This document shows positions 11,773-29,452 of a DNA stretch of 64,000 nt, piece after piece. The stretch is from the NCBI GenBank assembly GCA_001643675.2, contig LSRY02000022.1, positions 558,001 through 622,000 on the forward strand, in the 5' to 3' direction. Numbering within the stretch: position 1 is the stretch's first letter; every line of letters begins with the position of its first letter. This DNA is from Monocercomonoides exilis PA203 (lineage: Eukaryota; Protista; Preaxostyla). Both the position numbers and the translations under genes were made by a program. The notes under the pieces are model-generated. The model was not told the origin of the DNA and made no database searches. It worked only from the letters and a program-made list of their open reading frames with translations.

Positions 11773-14700
11773 GTAAGTCGTCGATGCTGAGAAGCTCACT
11801 CTGCCAGATGGGACTGGCTCCACCACACTGGGCAGACATATTGAATGAGAAGGATCTGATGTACTCGATCTCGATTGACTGCTGAGAGGAATGTGATTGT
11901 GCAGATGAAGCAGAAGCAGATGATGATGATGATGAATCAGCTGTCACAGCTGAATTCGGTGTCAACAATGCAAAGTTCGTGAAAGTGATGAGCGGTGCAC
12001 CCATCTCCAGCCCTTGGTCAGACGGATCACTCGACACAATCAGCAGAGGCGAGTGGGAAAACCGTGCATTGATAAACAAGACAGCCTCAGGAGATATTCG
12101 CGTGCCTGTGAACTCTGCAAACTTCGGATCCATCACCCGCTCCTCCCTCGTCTCCAGAAGAGCCAGCCGGAACACCCTCGCCACGGCACCGCGCACAAGA
12201 GCGTGTGGTGAGTGCATCAGCAGCTGCAGTTAAGGTTCAGTGATGTCTCTGTCGCAGCAGATGGCTTCGGCTAATTCGTCGCTTTTGCGCACGTGGTGCG
12301 ACAGGGCAAAGAGGAAGGCGACACAAGAAGAATAAACATGTGATGATGATGATGATGATGATGAAGCAGATGAAGCAGATGAAGGAGTCTGAGATAAACT
12401 GCTTGAGAGATAACTCAGAAAATGATCAAGTGATATCAGACAGCACGGTAGAAGTCTGCTTTTGACATTTTGTTCACGTGAAGAAGAAGAAGAAGATGAT
12501 GATGAAGATGATGATGAAGATGATGATGATGAAGAAGATGCTAATGTAACTGTGCATGTAACAACAGATAAATACGCCTCCATCCACTTTTCATTCATCT
12601 CTCTGTTTTGTGTGCACAGCAACTCTTCTGACTTGAGAAGCAGCCAGTTAATCCCAATCTATGTCAAATGCTTCTCCAAAAGCAAAAGATATGACTTATG
12701 CTCAGCAACATCTCTACGAATGGAATAAAAACAGGTCAAAGCGAGAGAACAAAGAGAAGAAACGTGGCTGGGTTCTTTTGTTGAAGAAAAAAGAACATCA
12801 CAAAATGACTGCGAAATGATCGAATAAAATGCATCTTCTGGTGAAACTGGAATAGATGGAAGCGAAATTGCGGAAAAGGATGAATCCGAAGCAAAAAGAG
12901 GAGTCGGTTTCGTTCCTTTCAAAATCATTAGAATAGAACGAGATGCAGACGCAGACGGAGAAGGGGAATTATGCAGACAAGAAATGAGAGAGATCAGCAA
13001 CGCCATTGCAGCTTCACGCTGAACCGGAGGCAGCTCATCTTGACAAGCACTGTTACCATCCAGAGGAGCAAGAGAATACAGCGACTTCACTGCATATGTC
13101 CACTTTCCTGACTGCTTTGACAGAGAAGGGGAAAGAAAGTCCTGGCAGCGCTGAGGGTAATTGGCAAGGAGGAGCAGCCAAGAGCAAACAGGAGACAGAA
13201 AGCAAGCATCTCGCATGAAGGCGAACAGAGGGACGAATTGGATGGCTTTCTTCTGCTTGGCAGGCAGAAGATCGAGCAGCGATGTGAAGAAGAAGAAGAG
13301 CTGCTGGAGCAGAATGGAGAGGTGCTGCTGTGACAGAGATGCGTCTGTTTTGGACAAATACGCTGAGACTGACTTCAGAACAGCCGAAAGTGCGCTGAGG
13401 AGCACGTGGAAAAAACACAGGCGCAGCTGAGTGTCTTCGCAGCGTCAAAGAAAGGCCTTTGCAATCGACGGAGCGCCCGCAATGTTTTAAGCTCCCAGAT
13501 TGTTCAGCTCCGCAGCAGTCATTGCATACACTGCTGTGGATGCAGTTGAACTCTTCTGATTTTGCTTCCGGGAAAGGCAAGCATCCCACTCTTTTGCTTC
13601 TCCGCTGAGCTACTCAGTTGTGATGTGCTTGATCAGTTTGAACGACAAGTCTGGTGAGCGGACAAGAATCTGCTCCAACTCCACGCTCCACTGCACAAAT
13701 AGTGCATGATGCACTGAATGGGAGAAGGTGTGAAGCAAAAAACACACAGAGAAAAACATAAAGTCGCGAGAAAAGGTCGGATCTGCCTTTGGCACATTCA
13801 GGACACGCATAGCCAGAGAAGCTGATGCAGATGAGGATAAAGATGATGAGCTTTTGCCAGCAAGATTCGTTTTAATCAAAGATGAGGTAGGTGTTGCAGA
13901 TGAAGCACCAGTTGATAATCTGGTGCTAGTTGCAGCTGTTGCTGCTTCCTCTTTTTCAGCGGATTGTTCGCATCCAAACTGCTCAAACAGCCTTCTCACA
14001 AACGCAAAGAATGTGTTTGAGAAGATCTGCCTGTCTCTCACGATGCCCAGCTGCCTCACCAACACACTCTCATCCACACTGCTCATCCCATCGAAAGACG
14101 ATTTCATTGGCGAATGCTCTGTCAATGCGGAGTCTGCGAACACATCGTCATTAAAAGGAGAACGCATCTTCAGCAACGACGTGTGGGGTGGTGGAGGATG
14201 CATTGCGATAAGAGGAAAAGAGCCGATTGCTTGTGATACAGTTGGAGGCAGATGGCTCCCTCATGTCATTTCTTTCAGCTTTGCCTGTGGAATCTGGCTG
14301 AGTAGCTGGCGTTAGAGGCTCCAGTCGTCCACAGGCTGCTTCCGCTCGTAGATGAGGATGCATGCCGAGTACGGCTTGACCGTGTCTGCCTCGCTCAGCA
14401 GGCTCAGGCGTTTTTTCTTGAGAATCTCGGGATCAATCAGCGCGGTGTCGTACAGGAAGCTTTCGCCAAAGGCCTCTGCTTTCAATGTCTCCACAGCAGG
14501 AGAAGGGAGCAGCCTAACTCTGTCGTAGTTGAATTCGTACCACTGGTGCGGAGCATCTCTTTCCCGCACAAATGAGATGTAGGGTCCAGCATTGGCTTTC
14601 CCCAAGTGGTTGATGATGCCCTGCAGACGGTATTTGCAGTTGCTCTCCGGACGCAGCTTGTCTTTGCTTTCGTCGTTATGCGGAACCTGCAGATTCTTCA

Positions 14701-16822
14701 GATTCTCTTTGCATCCAATCTTTTCCAACATGATTGCTGTGTCAGCTTTGGAAAACCGCTTCATACTGCTTAGTTTTTCCTCCCTCACTTGCATCGCCTC
14801 CCACGTCAATGGCTCGAGATCCAAGAACTCCTCAATGGGGAACTCAAACTTGTTGTTGATCTTCACTCTGTTCCCCGTTAGCGGCTGGTAGTCAAAACGC
14901 CTGAGGAGAATAATGAGTGTGTTAGGCAGGTCTCTCAGAACTGTCCGGTTGATCACATCAACCGTGTGATGCTTGACACACTCTACGCATTCGTAATCCT
15001 CAATCTTCGACCCAACCACCATCGACGCCAACGATTCCTCCAGACTCTTTTTCCCTTTCACTTCCACCTCGAGCGCATTAAAGCCATCGGAATTCCACCG
15101 CTCGTGCCCGTATCTGCAGACATGCAAGTTCATCGCGTGACCCTTCAGAAAGTGTCTGACAAAGTTTGGAGCAGCCACTGCGTCCAAATGCATCTCCAGC
15201 TTGTCCACAAGACACATGAAGAACTCGTGGATGTCACAATGCGCGCCATTCACAACTTGCTTTTTGTCCTGGTCGAGATACACCTCCAGAAACTGCTCAG
15301 CATCATTGAACTCCTTCCTATTCGAGTTGTGCTGCAGCTCCCAGAAGAGATAGCGTACAGCTCTCCACACAGCGCTGTTCTGCACTTTCTCCTCCTCTGT
15401 CACGCTGCGCAGCCTCATCTCTGCCATCTTCGTCTCCGGCTCGTCTGGTGGGTGTGTGCTTGTTTCTTTGCTCTTCTGCCACTCACTCAGCACATCTGCT
15501 TGTGATGGTCATGCCAGCTTCTCCAGGACGCTTCCTTGAAACTGCTCGCCTTCCCGCAGAAGAAGCGTGGAGCACAGCTGCGTGTGCATAAACAGCTGCA
15601 CAAACAGAGAGTTCATATAGCAAAGTGTGCCTGGATTCACAATGCCTCTGTATTTAACCTCTTCGCTTTTCTCAACCTTCTTCTCCTTCTTGTGCGACTT
15701 TGCAATCTGCTCGGCGGGTGTGAAGTGGAAAGACGTGTACGTGTTCTTGTCGTTCATCGTATGCGTCTCATTCAAAAGATGCAGCAGACGCTCTGTGTTT
15801 GCCTCATTCCCGCTGCACAGCGCAGCAATCAGACTCAAAATGGCATTTCTGCTATCTTTGTCCGACACAAAATGGCTCTGAATGAGTTCCACTTCTGAGT
15901 TGCTACGTGAATGCGACGAGGTCAGCTTCCTCTGCGAATCGCACCGTGCAATGTTTGAGGGCAAATATGAAGAAGAAGATGAAACAGAAGCAGAAGGACT
16001 GCGCAGCATCTTCTTCCCAGCCATTCCTGGAGGTGAAGCACCCGTGGAAGCAGCAACAGCATTGAATCCAGCAACCAGCTTGTCCATCCACAGATAATCA
16101 ATGAGCATCAGCCCAAAGGACTTCTCCGGCAGCTTCAAGCCAACTTCTGTTTTGATCCATCTTTCCAGTTTTCTCAGGTTATTTTCTGTTGTCGGATTGG
16201 ATGCGCAATGAAGCTGAGAAAGCTCGTTCAGAATAACTCTCAGCGCAACTGAGACAGGCAGAAGAGACAGCTGGCGCTTCTTTGTGAGATTGTTCGGAGA
16301 AGACAATGAAGAGGAAGAGGAAGGGGTAGAGGAAGAAGAAGGTGATGCTCCTGACAATTCATTGATGTACTTATCATCATCATCATCATCATCATCTTCT
16401 TCTTCTTCTTCTTCTTCTCAATCTTCTTCAGATGGAAAGAAAGGAGAAGAAGTTAATCTTCCTTCAAATGATATCGAATTTGATGACTTCGATGATTTTG
16501 AAGCTGCTCATTCTATTGCGTCATCTTCTTCCTCTTCTTCCTCTTCCTCTTCTTCTGATTCCTTCTTTGCTTCAAATCCTTCTCTTCCTTTAGCTTCTTC
16601 CCCTGAATCACAATCAGCACATCAACCTCTTTCATTTCCTTCTCCATTTGCTTTCCCTTCTTCCGCTTCTTCTTCTTCTTCCTCCTCCTCCTCCTCCTCC
16701 TCTTCTTCTTCTTCTTCTTCTTCTTCCTCCTCTTCTTCTTCTTCCTTCTCATCTTCTTCCTTGACTTCTGCACAACCTTCCTCCACCTTACATGATGTCC
16801 AATCCCTCAGTAGTTTACTCAA
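10078..16822 (-). pseudogene. Large ubiquitin-specific protease (peptidase C19) pseudogene, apparently 5'-truncated
   Basis: Cys box GIVNPGTLCYMNS, HCDIHEFF box, LRRFDY...KIN..FEFP, and His box YRLQGIINHLGKANAGPY with the catalytic His replaced by Pro. 11 in-frame stops in one frame; probable frameshift only near 10350. Confidence 0.85.
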
Positions 16823-17005
16823 AATTGAGGTGAATTAAATAACGTGTCCAATTGCTCATATTTGATGATATTCGAACATTATCGAAAAAAAAGGAAGAAA
16901 ATAAAAATGATTCACAAACCAAAAGTGTGTTTTTATTCATTATATTTATTTTGTGATTTTCATTGATTATTTTGTTTTCCATAATTTTTTTCCGTCAAGC
17001 TGTTG

Positions 17006-23414
<6,409 letters not shown>

Positions 23415-23471
23415 AATCCTTTTTTTAGCAAATTTTCATTGTATAATTTGAAAAAATAGGTATGAAGGTAT

Positions 23472-23517
<46 letters not shown>

Positions 23518-23700
23518 ACTATTGAAAGTGATTGACAAAAATTTTTGTAATAAACAAACTATTAAATTATTTAGTATTTAATTTCAATTTTATTCATTAT
23601 TTTTTCTTTTTTATTTATTTTTTTTATTTAACAAACTAATTAATAAATTAAAAATAAAAGTTTAATTAACTTAGAAATAATAAATATTTGTTTATGCTTA

Positions 23701-23816
23701 TCCAATGAAACCGAATTTTATTCGGTTGAGGACTAGACTGATTCGATCCTGTTGCTTTATAATTTCTTAATGATAGAGTAACTTGCAGGACTTGGGTCCA
23801 GAATCAGTTTCCCAGG
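23701..23816. ncRNA. Candidate structured RNA/DNA element of unknown class
   Basis: GC-elevated island with nested stems: AACCGAAT/ATTCGGTT, ACTGATTC/GAATCAGT, TCCTG/CAGGA and GTTGCTTTAT/ATAGAGTAAC (with G-U pairs). Confidence 0.3.
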
Positions 23817-25652
23817 TAAATAAATGTTTATTATTATTATTTTTGAAAAAAAAAGTTTTCAAAAATATTCAGTGAATTATTTAAATTTTTGATAAAATTT
23901 TTGTCTAAAATTACGGGTGGAACAAAATTTGGAAAAAGAAAATTTCGCCCCATATTGTATATATTACCCTTAATTATTATTTAAGAAAAAATAATTACAT
24001 TTTGCTTTTGTCTTATTATAATTAATAATCATCTGTTGAACAATTCATTTTTTGACATGCTTTTTCATCATCTTTGATCATCTTTGATCAACTTTTTTTC
24101 AATTTTTTCATCAACTTCACAATTAATTTTTAAAAATTAATATTCTTTTCTTTGTTTTGATTCCCATTTATAATAATGATAATGATTTTGTTATCATTAC
24201 AATTATAATTTATTAATTGTAATTATTTCTGATGATCATGTTTAAAAATTGCTTCTCAAACACATCCACTTTCACTTTTCAAAAATAAACAGGATGAATC
24301 AACGAGTTTGTTATAAATCTTTTTTTACTAATTTTTAAATCGTTGGTAATTTAAACATTCATTATTTTCTTTTCTCGAACTTTGTTCAACCTTCAGATTA
24401 TTTTTTTTATAATTTATTTTATTTTATTTGTTTTTAAAATTAACCTCTTTTAATTTCTCCATCTGAATAATTTATTGAAATCTGTGATTTGACTGCAAGA
24501 CAGCCCCATTCACAAATTTCTCTCAAGTCATATTGTAAAAACAGATTTAATGAGAGAAAGTGAGAAAGAAAGAAATAGAGAAAGAGAAAAAAAGAGAGAA
24601 ACAATTTTTGATTGCGCAAAGTTTTCAAACGTAAAAAAAAAAAAAAATCGGAGAAAAAAATCGAAAAATTAAAAGAGAATTATCAGAAAAAGATTTTTAT
24701 TTCCTTTTCCAATTATTTTCTTTAAATGAACACTCGTAAAGTACACAAAGGAAAAAAACATTCAAAAAAGCTTCAAAGAAAAGAAAAGAAAAGAAAAGAT
24801 TAAAAGAAACAGAAAACACGCGAAAATTCAATTGAAAAGTGAAAACAAACAAACAAACAAAAAAAATTACATAAAAAAAAGGAAACTTAAAAAATCGAAC
24901 AAACAAATAAATCTCCAAACAATCAAAAATGAATGGAGAATACAAAATTATTCAATATTCGAAGAGTGCATTTCGGATTCAATTGCGTTAATTGATCAGA
25001 AATAAAAACAAAAAAAGAATGAAAAATTTTTTATGAATTAACGAAACAAGTTTAACTAAAACATTGAATACAATACGCAAAAATGAACTTAAAAAATAAA
25101 TAAATAGATAACAAGAAATGAAAATTAAACATTTTCATCTTTTCACATAAAAATAACAGAACAATAACGCATTTTCAAATAACTCCCAAAAAATGCTAAA
25201 AGAGAAAGAAAAAAATTCTTAAAAAAAAAGATTTTTCTTTCTCAACTTAAAAAAAATCAAACGAAAAATTGAAAATTCGAAAATTAACACACAAACGACA
25301 ACTCTCAAAAAGTTGTGAAGAAGAAAAACTTAAAAAAAAATGTTTTAACATGAAAAAATTAACTTGAATACTAAAATTCCTTAACATTCACAAAAATATG
25401 TTCTTACAAAGCATCCGATGATTCCACTTTCATGTTACAAAAACCCACAAAAACAAGTCAAAAAAATCCTTTCTCTAATCCGAAAAGCAAATCCAACAAG
25501 ATTAATTGACAGATACAATATATTCCTTCTAATACATAATAGTCACAGTAATTGCAATAACAAAATAAATAACAATAATCATAATAACAATCTATTCTAA
25601 AAAATGATGAAGATTAGTTCCAATTCCTTTTCCCTCTGCTTCAATTATTCAT

Positions 25653-26687
25653 TCACAATTCAACTGTCATTTCCGAAGTGCTTGTCCTTCCATCACATCC
25701 AAAGCATTCTCCATTCTGCATCTCCATATAACTGTCAAACATTCCTTCTATTTCATTTGAATTTGAATCTGAACCTGAATCTGCATCTGAATTTGTATCT
25801 CCTTCCATTTTAACCTCTTTCTCAAGCTTTTCCTGCTTTTCCATGTTGCTTTCATCTTCTTCCATCCTCATTGCTCCTTCAAAATTGTGCAAATTTGTTG
25901 AATAAAATATATTGCTTTCTTGTTCTCCTCCTCTTTGTTTCAACTGAACTGCCACTTCATTTCCTATCCCTCTGAATGTGCTGGCATAAATACTGTATTC
26001 TGTCTCTTTTATTGACAAATCAAAATCAAGCATATCCAAAATTGTCCGCTCGTATTCCTTCACCGTTTGCTGATCAACCCCGCCAACTCTTCCAAATACT
26101 TCGTTTTTCAGCACATTGTCGCTGTTTAGCTTGTGAGAAATCATTACACAAATTGTAAACATCAAAATGAGATGACAACGCAGCAAAACAAATGAACCAC
26201 AATTCCAATGGCGAGCGCAGATTCGATCGAATAATACAACACCTTGAATAACTTCAGTTTCGCGGATGTGACAGATACGCTGCAAATTGCCAATAACATC
26301 AATAGTTTCTTTTAGAATCATAGATTCAATTGAATTAACATGCTTTTGTAAAAATATATCTTGTTGACACGGAAGCTGTGGGTTGAACCAAAATGGAGCA
26401 ACAAGATATTTTGATAAAGCTCTTTCCGCCATTCCGGAAGCACAATAAAAAGTGGAAACATCGCTGATGCCTGCTTTCAAACATATTTCGCATGAAGGCG
26501 CAATATTCCAATGATTATGTCTCTCAAATGATGCAACTCCAACACCAAACGCAGCGATCTTAGATATATACGCAGCAACACGAAGTCCGATATCATTGGA
26601 GATAATAGTATTTTCCACTACAGGAACTGTAAGATCGTCGATTTCATCAACAAAGAGATTCTTATAATACAATGATGTGCTATTCAT
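25653..26687 (-). CDS. Cyclin, Pho80/PCL/cyclin-Y-like
   Basis: Uninterrupted 344-aa ORF with cyclin box EVIQGVVLFDRI...CVMISHKLNSDNVLKNEVFGRVGG...KEYERTILDMLDFDL. Confidence 0.85.
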   Translation of the reverse strand: MNSTSLYYKNLFVDEIDDLTVPVVENTIISNDIGLRVAAYISKIAAFGVGVASFERHNHWNIAPSCEICLKAGISDVSTFYCASGMAERALSKYLVAPFWFNPQLPCQQDIFLQKHVNSIESMILKETIDVIGNLQRICHIRETEVIQGVVLFDRICARHWNCGSFVLLRCHLILMFTICVMISHKLNSDNVLKNEVFGRVGGVDQQTVKEYERTILDMLDFDLSIKETEYSIYASTFRGIGNEVAVQLKQRGGEQESNIFYSTNLHNFEGAMRMEEDESNMEKQEKLEKEVKMEGDTNSDADSGSDSNSNEIEGMFDSYMEMQNGECFGCDGRTSTSEMTVEL

Positions 26688-27027
26688 TTTATTTTCTTTA
26701 AGTAGTTTTGTAAAGAAGGAAAAGCATAACGGAAAAATAGTTTACAGACACAAAATTTCAAATACGAAAATAAATTTTACAAATCATCGAAAAACAAAAA
26801 AAAAATAGAATCAATACTTTTAAAATATGCTTTAAAATTATCTAGCTGAACCGATAATAAAAATTTGTAAAAATGTGAACAAGAGGATAAATATATTTTC
26901 AAATATGGGATAAATTGTGTTTGTTATTGAAAATACTGTTAATAATGATGATATTTGATGCGAAACGATTGAGCATATTCTTTATTTGAATTTAAATGAA
27001 GAATTAAAAAAATATGGTCTATTTTAA

Positions 27028-28807
27028 ATGAAAAAAGGAGCAAAGCAGACGATACAGGTCAGTAACGCTATATTTAATTCTATCTCAATATTAATGCTAC
27101 ATTTACTAAATATAAATTTAGGTGAGTTCAAGCGTTCATGCATATATTCGCGCTTGCCACTTGTGTCATCAAAATCCAAATGTAAATCTTGTATCTGCTT
27201 TGCAAGATCCATCGTGCACATGCTTTTGCTTAAGAGCAAATAATGAAAGCGTGGTATGTATTTTTTTCATTTTCATATGTGCTATTTTTCATGAATTTGA
27301 AAAAAATGGTAGACTGATGATTTTTGTGAAACTCTTGCTGTTGCTTTCGGCAACAACGAACAATTCGATACACTTTCATTTCTTGAGCTAAATGCATCAA
27401 CCAAGGGTCTTGAATTTTTGATCGAATCACTTCAACATAATCGAATGTTGAAAATCATATCTTTTGGTGGAACAATACTTAAAACAGAAGGAGCAACTCT
27501 AATTGCAGATCACCTTATTAACAAAAAAGCTGCTCTTTGCAACATATCAATTCTTATTTTGTCAGATTGCAAATTGGAGGATGAAGGAGTCACTGTGTTG
27601 TGCTCTTCTCTTTCAACGGAAGAATGCAAAGTGGAATCATTGGATTTAAGGCAAAACTCAATAACAGAAACTGGGTTTATATCTGTTGCTGGAATGCTTA
27701 CGGTATTTTTTCTTTTTTTCTTTTTTTTTTTTGATGTTTTTTTAATATACATTTTTATTCCATTTTAAACACAAAATTTAATCACGTTTTGTTAAATGAT
27801 TGATAACATCACAATAGTACAACAGATCGCTTCAAAAGATCAACATTGCAATGAACGAAGGAGGAGATGGCGGGGCAATTTGCCTGGCATCTTCACTGGA
27901 GATGAATGAAACACTGAAAATGTTGGATCTTTCGTCCAATGGCATAAGTGATGCTGGTTGCTCTGCACTTTGTCAATCACTGGTGAACTCACGAACAAGA
28001 CTTGTTCAATCTATTTTTCGAAACTTTGCAGAAGAATTGAATGGAGTTGAAGAAAGAAATGAAGAAAAAGAAGAAGAAATGGAAGAGGAGGAAGAGGAAG
28101 AAGAGGAAGAGGAAAAAGAAACAAGATCAACTTTAAATGAAAAAATGACTGAAACACCAAGGAAAGAAAAGAAAAAACGATCAAAATATTCTTCTGATGA
28201 TATTGCCAAAGACAAAGAAAGAGGGAAAAAAATGAGCAAATTGAAAGTTCTGAATTTGAGAGACAACAAAATCACAGATGCTTCTTCTGAGTCGATTGCA
28301 ATGTTACTTCGAAAGTATGAACGAAAAAAATATTTTTCTTTCTTTCTTTCTTTCTTTTTTTTTTAAATCCAAAAGTTTTTATTTTATTGAAGGAAAGATT
28401 TTTTGAATTTCTTCATATCTTTTTTGATTTTGTAAATTTCATTCATCCATTCATTCTTTTTAAAACATATTTATTTCCCTCTTTTTCCTATTCACTTTAT
28501 TAACAACCTTTCAGATTCCCTCTGAATGCCTTGTATCTCGGAATGAACCACTTCACTCACAATAGCATCGTTCCTATTGCTCGTTCTCTTATTCCTTTTA
28601 ATCCTTCTTCTTCTTCTCGTTTTCCCTCAAAATTTTCCGAAAAATCCGATTTTGCAGGTTCTACACTTCTTATTTTGGATCTGCAAAACATACGTCTTTC
28701 CTTAAAAGCAGCGGAAGAGGTGAAAATTATGCTTCAAAAAAACAACATTTTGAAGAAACTCTATTTGGACTTGAATGACATACCAACAGTGTGGAAGGAG
28801 AATATTG

Positions 28808-28874
<67 letters not shown>

Positions 28875-29419
28875 AAAAAGAGAGAGGATTAAATTATTTT
28901 ATTTAATTTTTATTTAATTTATTGTTTATATTTATGTTTATGCTTATTATTATTATTATTATTATATTTCGTATAGGCCTCTTCTATTTGTGAAGGACTC
29001 CAGTCAAACATTTCACTCATCTCTTTCGTTTGGAATGAATATCCACTCCAATTGACTCATTCACCCGCCTCTTTCATTTCATCTTCTCCAAAAAAATCTG
29101 CTTCTTCTTCTTCTTCTCTTTCTTCTTCTTCTTCTTCTTCTTGTCCATTAAATTCTTCTTCTTCTTCTTCTTCTTCAATTTCTCCTCTTCCTCTCTTCAC
29201 CCCTTCTTCTTCTTGGCCTTTTGATGCTCCTCTTCTTTCTCAGAAGGAAAAATGGATTGCTTACACATCACAAATGAATTCCTCTTCTTCCTCTTCAACT
29301 TCTCTTTCTTCTTCATCTCCACAACTAAAATCAAATTCTTCGTCTTCCTCTTCTTCATCCTCCTCCTCCTCTTCTTCTTCTCAGATCACAAAACCTTCTC
29401 CTCTTCGCCATTATTCCAC

Positions 29420-29452
<33 letters not shown>

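Noticed and set aside
10078-16822. Genome-wide stop-codon reassignment (TAA/TAG=Gln, TGA=Trp)
   Set aside because: Long intact ORFs (1065, 2475, 344 aa) contain no internal stops and end in TAA or TGA; other decayed genes also have frameshifts.
23795-23825. U1 snRNA on the minus strand (TTTACCTGG) or a hammerhead/HDV ribozyme
   Set aside because: No U1-70K loop or convincing Sm site is present, and the ribozyme cores cannot be completed with proper stems.
26900-26920. ATAT-GGGATAAAT as another Sola-like terminus
   Set aside because: Short match with no partner end, inside a compact promoter region; likely chance.
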